Assembly: GCA_037305845.1 (NCBI GenBank)
Contig: CP147778.1
Coordinates: 1,632,001 to 1,696,000 of the forward strand
DNA: 64,000 nt
DNA from: Candidatus Freyarchaeum deiterrae
GTDB taxonomy: Archaea > Asgardarchaeota > Jordiarchaeia > Jordiarchaeales > Jordiarchaeaceae
Reading direction: 5' to 3'
Position numbers and translations under genes: made by a program. This document shows, piece after piece, positions 27,622-38,416 of this stretch. Position 1 is the first letter of the stretch, and every line of letters begins with the position of its first letter. Under the pieces are notes generated by a model that saw nothing but the letters and a program-made list of their open reading frames with translations, made no database searches and had not been told where the DNA came from.

Positions 27622-30063
27622 TTAGTCCTCAATCAACTTCCAGAACTCCACATCATCCATAAAGCTCTTACCCACCCGTATACGCGAAGGCCCCGTAACA
27701 TTTTCCAATAATAACTTGCGTTCGATTTTGTCGACCATGCGACGCGAGAACAAAACTGTATCTGGATTTACACTAATGCTGTTAGCTCCTAATCGAACTA
27801 GAAACTCCAAATAATCAGGGTAAACACTGGGGGCCTGTCCACAGATAGAAGTAGTTACTCCGTATTTTTTACATATCTTAATAGTAAATGCTATTGCACG
27901 TAGAACTGCTAAATTACGCTCATCATATATCTCTTGAACACTAGCATCGTTTCTATCTACACCCAGAATTAACATTGTTAAATCGTTAGTACCAAAGCTA
28001 ACTCCATTGATTCCTTCTTGACAGAATTTGTCTATTAATAGTACACAGCTTGGAACCTCAACCATAATCCAGATTTGGAAGTCTGGGTCTACTCCCGGAT
28101 CTAGTCCTTCTTCTTTCATAATCTGTTTTACTTTCCTGAAAACGTCTACTGATTGCACAAAGGGTAGCATTACCCAGAGATTTCTCAGCCCGAATTCTTC
28201 TCTGACTTTTTTTATTGCTCTACATTCAAGTCGAAAAACATCGGGTTCTTTTATGTATCGGAATTGCCCTCTGTATCCTATCATAGGATTGGGGCCTACA
28301 TGCCCCGTTTCTTCCTCGTATTTCCTTCCACCTTCTAAAGCCAAGAATTCATCGGGTTTAAAGTCTAGAAATCTGTACACCACTGGACCTGGGCTGAAGG
28401 CATCGGCGACTTTTCTTACTCCGTCTGCAAATTGGTCTATCATTTCTTGTTCCCCGCCTTCTTCAATGAGTTTTCTTGGGTGTTTCCCTAATGTTATCAT
28501 CAAGTGCTCTGCTCTGAGTAGTCCAACACCATCCGCCTGTGTCTGTTTTGCAACTCTTTCTGCTATTTCAGGCATCGATAAGTTCACGTAGATTTTAGTA
28601 GCTGTAGATGCTGTCGTTGTGCCTACAGGCGCGGCTACGGTTTCTTCTTCCTTTTCGGCTTTTAGAATTCCTCGATATATCAGTCCTTTTCCACCATCAA
28701 CAGTTATTTGCCTCTCGCTTTGTAGAACATTGGTTGCCTTTTTTGTTCCTACTACACAGGGGATTCCGAGTTCTCGGGATACTATTGCCGCGTGGCATGT
28801 GTACCCTCCTTCGTCAGTTACTATCGCGGCTGCTTTTTTCATTACTGGAACCCAATCAGGTGTAGTCATTCTAGTCACTAAAATGTCTCCTTCCTTCAAT
28901 TCTCCTATGTGATTAATGTCTTTAATGACTCTCACCGGGCCAGCTCCTATTCCTGGGGATACGCCTAGTCCCTTAAGTATCATCTCTCGTTCCGTAGTAG
29001 TTTCTGGTTGGTTGGTTTTGGTATTTTTTTTTGCGGGTCCTGTGCTTGAACCATGTACTGTTTCCGGCCTAGATTGAAGTAAGTATATTTCTCCCTTTTG
29101 ATCTACTGCCCACTCGATGTCTTGAGCTGTTTTATAATGTTTTTCGATTTGTTTGCCATACTGGGCTATTCTCTTTATTTCTTCATCTGTTAAGGCTGGG
29201 ATATTTTGTCTTTCCGGAGGGATTTCTAAATGTTCAGTCTTTTCTGTACTAGGGTTTAATGCGTACTCGAGCTTTTTGGTTACAATGTGTTTTTCGACTA
29301 TTTCTAGATTAGATTTGTTCACTACATACGTGTCTGGTGTTACTGCCCCACTTACTACCGCTTCTCCCAGCCCCCAATTAGCTTCTATCATTATTTTTGT
29401 ATTATCCCCCGTTGCTGGGTGAAGTGTAAACATAACTCCCGCTGATTTTGGCTCAACCATAAGTTGAACAGCCACGCTAATGAGGACGTCTTGATGTCTG
29501 AATCCCTTTTCTTCTCTGTAAGTTATGGCTCTTTTTGTAAATAGGCTACTCCAACATTTTTCTACGGCTTCCAGCAACCCTTCTCTATTTTCGTTTAGAA
29601 AGGTCTCCTGCTGTCCTGCAAAAGAAGCGCCTGGCAATAGGGGAAGAATGGTTTAACCCATTACTTTATCCTCTGCGGAGGCGCTCGATCTGACCGCTAC
29701 TAATGGCTCTTTCTCTTTTACTCTCTTAGCTAGTTCGTCATAACTTTTCATTATTGCTTCTTGAATCTCTTCAGGGATTGGTGTAGATTCAATAAGTTGC
29801 CTGATTTTGTTTGATGCTTCTTCAAGTTGTTGGAAGTCTTTAGTGTCGGCTTTTTCAAGTATTTTGAATACTTTATTTTTTATATTTGTGTCTTCTAGGA
29901 ATTTCTTGTAGGCATAGGTAGTAATTGAAAAACCTGGTGGAACTGGGACTTTGGCTTTTGTTATTAGTTCACCCAAATTAGCGTTTTTTCCTCCTACCTT
30001 GGACACGTCTTCCTTTCCTACCTCTTCAAACCATAAGATTAAATCATTTTCATCGCGGCTCAT
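27622..30063 (-). CDS. ppsA: Phosphoenolpyruvate synthase, two exons (30063-29668 and 29637-27622), about 803 aa after splicing
   Basis: VGGKNANLGEL, AVRSSASAED|LPGASFAGQQET, EGGYTCHAAIVSRELG, FGTNDLT; 30-nt BHB insert separates D and L. Confidence 0.92.
29638..29667 (-). other. Putative BHB (tRNA-type) intron in ppsA mRNA
   Basis: AAAGTAATGGGTTAAACCATTCTTCCCCTA; in-frame TAA; folds GCA-GAGG-AT^A-AAGtAATGG/CCATTCTT-CCCC-TA^T-TGC. Confidence 0.85.
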
Positions 30064-30227
30064 ATTCACACCCTTAGCTTTAAGTGTACTATGTCAATTG
30101 ATACAACTTTTTTATTAATGTTTTGTACCTAGGCGATATGAAATGGTTTTTCCAAATTGCTTAATAACTTATATTACTATAAAATAGAATATTAAAAAAT
30201 ATCAAATCATGTTTTCTTTATCTATTT

Positions 30228-30668
30228 TTACCCTTCTTTAATCTGAAAAATGTTTAATACTGTTTTTTTATAATTTATGATTCTGTGTTTTGGATGATTA
30301 ACACAAACGGTCTCATTTGTTAGTAATCTGAGTATTAGGTCTGATTTTACGGTGTTTGCTATTCTCAAAAGATAATATTGCAATTCGGGCGGTGGGCGAA
30401 TAGAATAGATAAGGTCACTATTCTTGTATATTCTCATATTCGGTGAGGTTACGTCATCAATGACGGATTTAATATGGTGGCAATTTGATAGTTGTACTAG
30501 AATATTAGGAATTACGTCTGTAACTATGATTTCTGCATCTGGTAGTTTCTCCTTAAGTGCAATAGCTATTTCAGGGAGCCTTCCTACTCCTACTTCAACA
30601 ATTTTTCTAGAGTTACTGTAATTACTCACAATGTACTCAATTATGTTTTCAGTATCTATTAGCTTCAT
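30228..30668 (-). CDS. UPF0146 family protein
   Basis: KIVEVGVG, DDVTSP, LIYSIRPPPELQ. Confidence 0.88.
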   Translation of the reverse strand: MKLIDTENIIEYIVSNYSNSRKIVEVGVGRLPEIAIALKEKLPDAEIIVTDVIPNILVQLSNCHHIKSVIDDVTSPNMRIYKNSDLIYSIRPPPELQYYLLRIANTVKSDLILRLLTNETVCVNHPKHRIINYKKTVLNIFQIKEG

Positions 30669-30716
30669 TTTCTCAACATTGGGTATTTTTTTACAGAGAT
30701 GAGTTCTAAAACTTTT

Positions 30717-31955
30717 TCAAATTGGAGGTTTAGACATAGGTATCTTGAGTGTATCCTCTATTCTGATAAGCTCATTGATCTTAGCCATGCGTTCCCCTCC
30801 CATTATCCCTATTTTAATTATTGGACAGTTTAGCCCAACGGCAATATGTGCTAAGGCTGGATCTGTTGTTTCTCCTGATCTGTGGGATGCAGCTGGGATT
30901 ACTTTGCTTTTATGACATAGCTCAACAGTGGATTTGGTGTCTGTTAGGGTGCCTACCTGATTAGGTTTTATTATGGACCCAGTTATCGAATTTTTTTCTA
31001 TTGCTGTTTGAAGACGTTTTTTATTGGTTACTATGAGATCATCCCCTGTTATTATACATTTATTTTTAGTATTTGCGGTTAACTTCGCGAAATACTCAAA
31101 GTCCTCTTCTCGAAATGGATCTTCAAAGAATGTAATTTCATAGTTGTGTATAAGTTCTAGTACATACTCCAGTTGTTGTTCTGAGGTTAATCTTTTGTTT
31201 TCTTTTTTGTAAACATATTCCTCTTTTCCACTATCCCATAATTCTGATGCTGCTGCATCTATCCCTATTTTTGCTCTTACTCCGGTCTCTTCTTCCACTT
31301 TTTCTATTGCTTTGGTTAGTATTTCTAAGGCTTCGTTTATTGTTAGTGGAGCTGCCCATGCTCCTTCGTCATTTCTTCCGAGTACATAGTTTGGATATGT
31401 TTTTGTAATTATTTCAGCTACTGCTCGGTGAACCATTACATTGGTTTCCGCTGCCACTTCAAATGTTTTGGCCCCTAATGGTAGAACCAAAAACTCTTGA
31501 AAGTCTATAGCGTCACCTTTTGTGTGAACTCCGCCTCCGATAACATTACTCAGAGGGAAGGGAAGTTTTAGGTTACTGCCTAAATATTGACAAAGCATTA
31601 GATTTTTGTTTTTAGATGCGGCTTTGGCTACAGCAATAGAAGTGGCTATTGCTGCATTTCCGCCAATTTTACTCAGATTTTTTGTGTCATCAACTTTCCA
31701 TATAATTTTGTCAATTTCTGCTTGATTTTCTGTGTTCATTCCTTTTATTTTAGTGGACAACTCATTTTCTATAAGTTTTATTGAACTTTCCACTCCTCCT
31801 TCAGGAAAGGCTTGAGCTTCGAATTTTCCAACACTAGCTCCTGATGGAGCGCAGGCAGCTATTTTAAAACTTTTAGTGTGGATTACAACTTCTATTGTGT
31901 ATTTACCTCGAGAATCAAGAATTTTACGCGCAGAAATCCCTTCTATTGAAGACAA
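30717..31955 (-). CDS. eno: Enolase
   Basis: ILDSRG, PSGASVG, DFQEF, EDPF, GDDL, KPNQVG, SHRSGET. Confidence 0.95.
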   Translation of the reverse strand: MSSIEGISARKILDSRGKYTIEVVIHTKSFKIAACAPSGASVGKFEAQAFPEGGVESSIKLIENELSTKIKGMNTENQAEIDKIIWKVDDTKNLSKIGGNAAIATSIAVAKAASKNKNLMLCQYLGSNLKLPFPLSNVIGGGVHTKGDAIDFQEFLVLPLGAKTFEVAAETNVMVHRAVAEIITKTYPNYVLGRNDEGAWAAPLTINEALEILTKAIEKVEEETGVRAKIGIDAAASELWDSGKEEYVYKKENKRLTSEQQLEYVLELIHNYEITFFEDPFREEDFEYFAKLTANTKNKCIITGDDLIVTNKKRLQTAIEKNSITGSIIKPNQVGTLTDTKSTVELCHKSKVIPAASHRSGETTDPALAHIAVGLNCPIIKIGIMGGERMAKINELIRIEDTLKIPMSKPPI

Positions 31956-32133
31956 TTTCTATCACCTCTCCGAAAATTTTGCTTCTGCGATAAGTTAAAT
32001 TATTTTAGTTTATTATATTTGCTCCTTTCTGAAGTAGCTTCTTCAGCTATTAATAACCATTCGATTCTCATAAGAACAATTATTTATTATTTTTTTAAGA
32101 AAAATTAATAGATATTCCAAAACTAGGTAACTC

Positions 32134-33141
32134 ATGGAAATTAACTATGCTATGGAATTAGATCGAATTATATCTGAAATTAAGAAAAGAAACTTTAAAA
32201 GAATTCTTCTGCAGTTTCCAGAAGGTTTACGGGGTTCTGCCACAAAAATTAGTAAAAAGCTTGAATTAGAAACTGGAGTGGAAACGTTAATTTCTGTGGA
32301 TCCTTGTTGGGGTGGGTGCGATATAGCAGAAACTGCCGCCTTAACACTTAATGCTGATCTTTTAGTACACTTCGGGCACTCTTCTTGGTCTAAGAAACCC
32401 AAAATTCCCACATTATTTATTGAAGCACATTCTGAGGTTGAAATTAGGGAAGTTGTATTAAAGGCAGTCAGCTTACTAACTGCTGGAAAAGTGGGCGTTG
32501 CGACTACTGTTCAGCATATTCATAAATTGGGTGAAATAAAAAATCTACTCGAAGAAAAAGGTTTTGAGGTTTTAACAGGCAAACCTAGTGGCAGAGCCAA
32601 ATATGCTGGTCAAGTATTAGGTTGTGATTTATCCAGTGTTGAGAAACTAAATGTAGATCAATTCCTATTTGTAGGTGGGGGAACTTTTCATCCTTTAGGA
32701 ATTGCCTTAGCTACCGGTAAGAGCGTTATTGCAGCTGATCCCTATTCTGATAAAATTGGTGATATGAAAGAAGAAACCAAAAGAACTCTCATGCAGAGAT
32801 ACGCCCAAATAGCAAAGGCTAGAAATGCAAAAAGGTTTGGTGTAGTTATTGGTTTAAAGTTTGGTCAGATGAACTTAGAATTAGCTAGGCAAATTAAAAA
32901 TAAAATTGAAAGCAAGGGAGGAGAAGCCTACTTACTGGCCGCTGAGGAAATATCTCCTGAAAGATTTTATGCGTTAGCCGATATAGAAGCGCTCGTAATA
33001 ACTGCCTGCCCAAGAATAGTAATCGAGGACGGCCCTCAATTTAAAATTCCTGTTATAACCCCCAAAGAACTTGATATTTCACTCGGATTTGAAAATTGGA
33101 AAGGGAGTGAAGGCGAAGACTCTTTGAATTACAAATTATAA
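32134..33141 (+). CDS. dph2: Diphthamide biosynthesis protein Dph2
   Basis: LQFPEGL, CWGGCD, HFGHS, GQVLGC, TACPR. Confidence 0.94.
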   Translation: MEINYAMELDRIISEIKKRNFKRILLQFPEGLRGSATKISKKLELETGVETLISVDPCWGGCDIAETAALTLNADLLVHFGHSSWSKKPKIPTLFIEAHSEVEIREVVLKAVSLLTAGKVGVATTVQHIHKLGEIKNLLEEKGFEVLTGKPSGRAKYAGQVLGCDLSSVEKLNVDQFLFVGGGTFHPLGIALATGKSVIAADPYSDKIGDMKEETKRTLMQRYAQIAKARNAKRFGVVIGLKFGQMNLELARQIKNKIESKGGEAYLLAAEEISPERFYALADIEALVITACPRIVIEDGPQFKIPVITPKELDISLGFENWKGSEGEDSLNYKL

Positions 33142-33241
33142 TTTAATTCATTATACATACTTACTTATTTTAAAAAACGTATAAGATAAATAAATTAAAA
33201 ATTTAATCGTTTGCTTACAAAAAAGTTAAAAGTGAATCATA

Positions 33242-33898
33242 ATGACGTTAGAGCAGAGACTTAAGAAGAAAGACCTCGAGAGATTATTAAGTGAACTGGA
33301 AGTTAACCCTTCACCGAAAGTTGAATGGGAGCAGTACACATCCTCTAGTGAGGTTGCAGCAAATCTCTTATTTATTGCTGCTTTCACGTTCAATGATATT
33401 GTTGGGCGTGAAGTATTCGACTTGGGATGTGGCAATGGCGTGCTCGGTATCGGGGCAACTTTAATCGGGGCAAAACGTGTAGTAGGACTAGATTTGGATC
33501 CAAGAGTTTTAACCATTGCAAGGAGAAACTCTGTGAAGGCCGGCGTTTCTGATTTAATCGATTTTATAGCCATGGATGTAACTGATATAACTGGTTCCGC
33601 TGATACCGTGTTACAAAACCCTCCATTTGGAGTTCAAAGGAAATCTAGCGATAGAATATTTTTGAAAAAAGGAATAGAGCTGGCTGATGTGACATATACT
33701 ATTCATAAATTTGGTTTGGAAAACAGAAAATTTATTACGCAGTTTGTGTTGAAGAATGGAGGCCTAGTTGATAGAATTATTTGTATGAGGATGTCTCTAC
33801 CACAGTCCCTCCCTTTTCACACAAAAAGAAAACATATGATCGATGTGGACATTTATCGAATACTTAAAAGTGAAAGAAACCATGCTTCATCTCAATAA
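33242..33898 (+). CDS. METTL5-family RNA methyltransferase
   Basis: EQYT, DLGCGNG, QNPPFG, DRIFL. Confidence 0.88.
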   Translation: MTLEQRLKKKDLERLLSELEVNPSPKVEWEQYTSSSEVAANLLFIAAFTFNDIVGREVFDLGCGNGVLGIGATLIGAKRVVGLDLDPRVLTIARRNSVKAGVSDLIDFIAMDVTDITGSADTVLQNPPFGVQRKSSDRIFLKKGIELADVTYTIHKFGLENRKFITQFVLKNGGLVDRIICMRMSLPQSLPFHTKRKHMIDVDIYRILKSERNHASSQ

Positions 33899-34002
33899 TC
33901 GATGATTTTAAGGAAAATAGTCAATAACCTTTATTCCCTTGGCATGATATTGGATTAATGTTGAAATGTGATTATTCCTATGTTTGAAAAAAGTATGGAG
34001 AC

Positions 34003-34584
34003 TTGAAGTTGCAAGACGTAAGTAAACCGAAAACTGGAAGTCTAGTAATCCCTGGCGACTGGCTAGGTGTTATAGAAGAATTTACCCCGGGAGAGGGTAC
34101 ATATGAAGAAAATGGAATTGTTTACGCGTCGAGTATTGGGCGCGTTTTAATTGATAATATTGAAAAAAGGGTGAAAGTAATACCAATAGAGGCTCGTGCT
34201 TTACCAAGAAAGGGAGATCTGGTTTTGGGTAAAGTTACTCAAATTAATAAAATGTTGACATTTGTGGATATCGCTCGAGTGAGAGGACAGACCATAGCTA
34301 ATCCTTTTTCAGCGGTGATACACATTTCCCAAATCAGTCCTGGATATGTGGAAAACACTTCTGACGCGTTGAAACCAGGAGACATTATAAGAGCTAGAGT
34401 AGTTGAGGAGCAGGGAGAACTCATTCAATTAACAACAACTGAGAAAAATTTGGGAGTTGTATACGCTGCATGCTCCAAGTGTGGGTTTGAATTAGAAAGA
34501 AAAGGGAATATCCTTTCCTGTGCGAATTGTGAAGCAAGAGAAACTAGAAAAATAGCAAGTGATTATGGACGAGTAAAAATATAA
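34003..34584 (+). CDS. csl4: Exosome RNA-binding subunit Csl4
   Basis: PGEGTYE, S1 domain, C-terminal CSKC/CANC zinc ribbon, ETRKIA. Confidence 0.93.
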   Translation: MKLQDVSKPKTGSLVIPGDWLGVIEEFTPGEGTYEENGIVYASSIGRVLIDNIEKRVKVIPIEARALPRKGDLVLGKVTQINKMLTFVDIARVRGQTIANPFSAVIHISQISPGYVENTSDALKPGDIIRARVVEEQGELIQLTTTEKNLGVVYAACSKCGFELERKGNILSCANCEARETRKIASDYGRVKI

Positions 34585-34811
34585 TGTACCTTCACTCTAA
34601 AAAAAATTACACATTTAATTATCTGCCGACAAATTTATAGTTATTTAACAATTTGTAAAACATAAAAACGGTAATCACATATTTATTGAATATCTATGAA
34701 CATTAATAATATGATGATTATGAAGTTTATCAACAAGACTATGCTAAAAATTAGGAATTAATCTTGAGGTTCCGATAATTTTCTAGTAAAAACAAAAGAA
34801 GTTGGTGTTAT

Positions 34812-35099
34812 ATGAATATAAAAATTGTTGAAAAAAAGGGTAATGATCTAAGAGTAGAAATAGAAGGGGAAGGGCACACCTTATGTAACGCCATAAAATC
34901 TGTTATCTTTGAAGATGAAACCGTAGTCTTTGCAGGCTACCGAATAGAGCATGCATTGCTTTCAAAGCCTGTCCTGTACATTACAACAAATGGCAAAAAG
35001 GATCCTTTGGTTTTATTAAATGAAACTCTCAAAAAATTAGTGGACCGTTCGGAAGAATTCAAGGAAAAATTTCAGAAGGAACTTGAAAAATTTAATTAA
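34812..35099 (+). CDS. rpoL: RNA polymerase subunit L (Rpo11)
   Basis: IEGEGHTLCNAI, AGYRIEH. Confidence 0.93.
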   Translation: MNIKIVEKKGNDLRVEIEGEGHTLCNAIKSVIFEDETVVFAGYRIEHALLSKPVLYITTNGKKDPLVLLNETLKKLVDRSEEFKEKFQKELEKFN

Positions 35100-35140
35100 A
35101 ACCACTAAGAATCAATCTTTTTATCAAAAAGGGTGATACC

Positions 35141-35590
35141 ATGGGTTTTTCCGGAAAAGAAACTGGATGCAATCTAATAACTTTTGAGCACAAGCCTATA
35201 AAAGAAATATTAACCGATAAAAACTTAGCGAAACTTGGAGATAGTATTGTAAATCTTCTATATTCTTTGGTAAAATCAAAATTGGCCGGAAGACCTGATG
35301 GCGCCAAAATGCCTGATAGCTTTCTGGCTGAAGCGTTTAGAAAAGCGGGTCTCAGAAAATATGTTTCTACTAGGCAAGATGCTCATAGTTTAGGTGACGC
35401 AGCGGAGGCATTAATTGCTTATTCTTGGTTAAAAGACCACTTTGAAATAAAGGAAACCGCAGAAAATTTTAATCCCCTAATAGCTCACGAAAAAATAATT
35501 ACCCGCAAGACTGAAAGAGAAGTAAGTATCCTAATTTTTACATCTCTTCTTCAAGAACTTTTCGAGAAAATTGTAAAAGAAAAAATTTAA
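35141..35590 (+). CDS. Archaeal ribonuclease III-like family protein
   Basis: LAKLGDSIVNLLYSL, GDAAEALIAY. Confidence 0.82.
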   Translation: MGFSGKETGCNLITFEHKPIKEILTDKNLAKLGDSIVNLLYSLVKSKLAGRPDGAKMPDSFLAEAFRKAGLRKYVSTRQDAHSLGDAAEALIAYSWLKDHFEIKETAENFNPLIAHEKIITRKTEREVSILIFTSLLQELFEKIVKEKI

Positions 35591-35648
35591 AATAAAACGT
35601 GATATTATCAACCATTACTTTATTATAAAATAATTTTCAAATAAATAT

Positions 35649-36005
35649 TTGAAGGTGAAGCTAATGAAGTTCTGCCCTCAGTGTAACTCAATAATGCTAC
35701 CAACAAAAAACAATGAAGGGGTTATCACACTAAAATGTAGAAATTGCAATTATACCAGTGAATTAGAAAAAGAGTCTACTGAAACATATAAAATAACTAA
35801 AGAAATTAAACACAGCGCTCGCGATAAAACAACTATTATAGAAGACGCAGATGCAATTCAAACTATGCCCACTGTAAAAGCTGCTTGTCCTAAATGTAAT
35901 TATGACAAAGCGGCGTACTGGCAGGTTCAAACTAGAAGTGCTGATGAGGGTTCTACTCTATTCTACCGATGCCTTAAGTGTGGTTATACCTGGAGATCCT
36001 ATTAA
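35649..36005 (+). CDS. tfs: Transcription factor S (TFS/RpoM)
   Basis: FCPQC, CPKC, QTRSADEG, CLKCGYTW; start probably 35664. Confidence 0.93.
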   Translation: MKVKLMKFCPQCNSIMLPTKNNEGVITLKCRNCNYTSELEKESTETYKITKEIKHSARDKTTIIEDADAIQTMPTVKAACPKCNYDKAAYWQVQTRSADEGSTLFYRCLKCGYTWRSY

Positions 36006-36231
36006 AACCCTACTTTAGTGAAATGCATGCTACGCTATTATATTTTATAATTTTATTCCTATTGAATAAAATATTAGATAACTATTTTTAATAACAATTT
36101 AACGAATGAATTTTTTAGAAGTATATATCAGAGCACTGAATGTCCTCAGCAATACACCGATAACACTAAGGTTCAAAATACTAAATCAATTTCTTATATT
36201 TGGTTTGTATCACTAAAGAGAGGGTTATAAA

Positions 36232-36717
36232 ATGAAACATGAGAAAGTGGCTTTTATCGGACTTCCTTCTGTCGGCAAAACCAGTATTATAACCTTGTTA
36301 AGTGAAAAAAGGGCAGTCACCCAGTACGATCCCACAATTGGCATCAACTTTGGTTTCGTAACTTTTGGTGAATGTGAGGTTAGTCTTTTTGATGTTGCAG
36401 GGCAGGACAGATTTAAATTTTTGTGGGATGGGTTTATGCGGGGAGCAAAAGTTATTTTCGTGGTTACTGATTCAACCCCTAAAAATGTTTTAAACACTCG
36501 AAAGATAATTGACGAGTTCGGAAATAAATCAAATTCAATGGTTTTGGCGATAGCGAATAAGCAGGATTTGCCTGGCGCCATGAAACCATCACAGGTAGAA
36601 GATCTTCTAAAAGTAAAAACCTATGGAATGGTTGCAATTGACCCAAGTAAACGGGTTTCGATGTGTCGTCTTCTGAAAAAGGCTCTGGAACAACTCGTAA
36701 TTGAAAATTCTAATTAA
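36232..36717 (+). CDS. Arf-like small GTPase
   Basis: GLPSVGKT, PTIG, DVAGQDRFKFLW, ANKQD. Confidence 0.88.
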   Translation: MKHEKVAFIGLPSVGKTSIITLLSEKRAVTQYDPTIGINFGFVTFGECEVSLFDVAGQDRFKFLWDGFMRGAKVIFVVTDSTPKNVLNTRKIIDEFGNKSNSMVLAIANKQDLPGAMKPSQVEDLLKVKTYGMVAIDPSKRVSMCRLLKKALEQLVIENSN

Positions 36718-36839
36718 ATTTTTAATCAATAATATACTTATTTTTCTGGTAGTGAAAATCTTTTAAGGAAGAGGAAAAGTTATTCAGATGAGAGGAGTAC
36801 CTTTAATAATTGACCTTTATATTCCCAAATACTTAAGGG

Positions 36840-37220
36840 TTGAGTTTAATGTCTTGGAATCCAAAGGTTGAGGGCGGTTCATGGAAGCCTAAGCCCCCTG
36901 CTATCGAAAAACAGATTAAGGATATCTCTTCTGGTGAAGTTTCTTTTATTAAAGTTCTTGGGGTCGTTTTGGAAAAAAAGCAAAATATTGCGCTTATTGA
37001 TGATGGAACTGGGAAAGCAAGAATTGTGGCTTTGGATGAAGAGCTTATAAGCAAAGTTAAAGTGGGTGATAAGATAAGAGTATTTGGGACAGTCTTACCA
37101 GGAGGAGAAGAAGGCGAAATACAGATTAATGCCAATATAATTCAAGACATGAATAAACTTAACATTAAATTACGCTCGCAAGTAGAACAACTAAAGAAAT
37201 CCAACGATAATTCATCTTGA
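36840..37220 (+). CDS. Single OB-fold protein (RPA small-subunit-like)
   Basis: LIDDGTG, VGDKIRVFG, IIQDMNKLN plus C-terminal helix; upstream of PCNA. Confidence 0.7.
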   Translation: MSLMSWNPKVEGGSWKPKPPAIEKQIKDISSGEVSFIKVLGVVLEKKQNIALIDDGTGKARIVALDEELISKVKVGDKIRVFGTVLPGGEEGEIQINANIIQDMNKLNIKLRSQVEQLKKSNDNSS

Positions 37221-37385
37221 ATACGAATTGAAGGTGCTTATAAAGAAAGTCATCATATTTATAATGACAAACGTTTAAATTTGAGCCTGATTAGATAAGT
37301 CTTCGTTCAGAGTCAATATTTAAAAAGATGCTAACTATACTAATTCGATTTGTTTGTACCAATCTAGGGTAGTAACCAAAAAAAG

Positions 37386-38150
37386 GTGATACATATGGTA
37401 TTTAAATTCGCCTTTACGGATGCGAAGCTTTGGAAAAATATTATTGACGCGTTATCCGGTTTAGTCGATGAACTTGTTTTTATAGCTGATGAAAATTCCT
37501 TACATGCAAGAGCGATGGATCCTAGTCATGTAGCTATGGTTGATTTCGAGTTGCCAAAAATGGCTTTCAGCGAATATGACTGTAGCGGAGAAGTTAAGCT
37601 GGGAATAAACCTTGAAGATATGTCTAGAATAATGAGGAGAGCTGGTGGCGGGGATGCGCTAGAATTGTCGCTCGATCCAGAAAAGAATAAACTTAATGTT
37701 ACGTTTAAAGGAACATCCACACGTACCTTCCACATTGGTTTGCTCGATTTGACACATGAGGAAACTCCCGTTCCATCCCTTAAATTTAATGCTGAAATTA
37801 AAATGACTGCGGATGTCTTAAAGGAAGCTCTAAAAGATGCTGAGGTTGTAAGTGATCATGTAGAAGTTGATGCTTCTCCTGACGAGTTAGAAATTAATGC
37901 TGCTGGAGATACTGGGGGGGTTGAAGTCAAGTTAGACAAGTCCAGCGATGCTCTTCTTGAGTTGAATGTAACGGAAAAATCTAAAGCGATGTACGCTTTA
38001 AGCTACTTAACTGATATGATGAAAGCATCAACTGCAAGTGATACCGTCACTGTCCAATTTTCAGCAAGTATGCCAATAAAACTAGAATTCAATATTATTG
38101 GCGGCGGGCGTTTAACTTATTGGCTAGCTCCTCGAATAGAAGCAGAATAA
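37386..38150 (+). CDS. pcn: DNA sliding clamp PCNA
   Basis: AMDPSHVAMV, YWLAPRIE; start probably 37395. Confidence 0.96.
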   Translation: MIHMVFKFAFTDAKLWKNIIDALSGLVDELVFIADENSLHARAMDPSHVAMVDFELPKMAFSEYDCSGEVKLGINLEDMSRIMRRAGGGDALELSLDPEKNKLNVTFKGTSTRTFHIGLLDLTHEETPVPSLKFNAEIKMTADVLKEALKDAEVVSDHVEVDASPDELEINAAGDTGGVEVKLDKSSDALLELNVTEKSKAMYALSYLTDMMKASTASDTVTVQFSASMPIKLEFNIIGGGRLTYWLAPRIEAE

Positions 38151-38416
38151 TTAATAAAATTCTTTAGAAAGAGAAATAGCATTTTTAAACTAAATTAACA
38201 TTATAATATTAGAAGAAATATGAAAATTCCATTTTATTTAAAAAAAAGGCTTAACGAGAGTTTTTAAGGAAAACTTCCAATGAAAAAACTTTGAAAGCCC
38301 ATCCAATTCCTCTAGCAGAGAGAGCATGTTTAATTTCTGAAGCTAGAGTTTCTTACAAATCTCCAAAAATTTTTAAAAAATTAAAGTTCTGCCTATTAAC
38401 CAAGTAGGTAGGCTTC

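Noticed and set aside
28028-29422. Long antisense ORFs opposite ppsA (similarly opposite tuf, pan, hypF, aglB)
   Set aside because: Shadow frames of well-conserved genes.
27622-30069. ppsA as a pseudogene, two-subunit enzyme or stop-readthrough gene
   Set aside because: Both parts are otherwise intact. Readthrough would leave 10 extra residues in a conserved motif, whereas BHB-predicted cuts restore it exactly.
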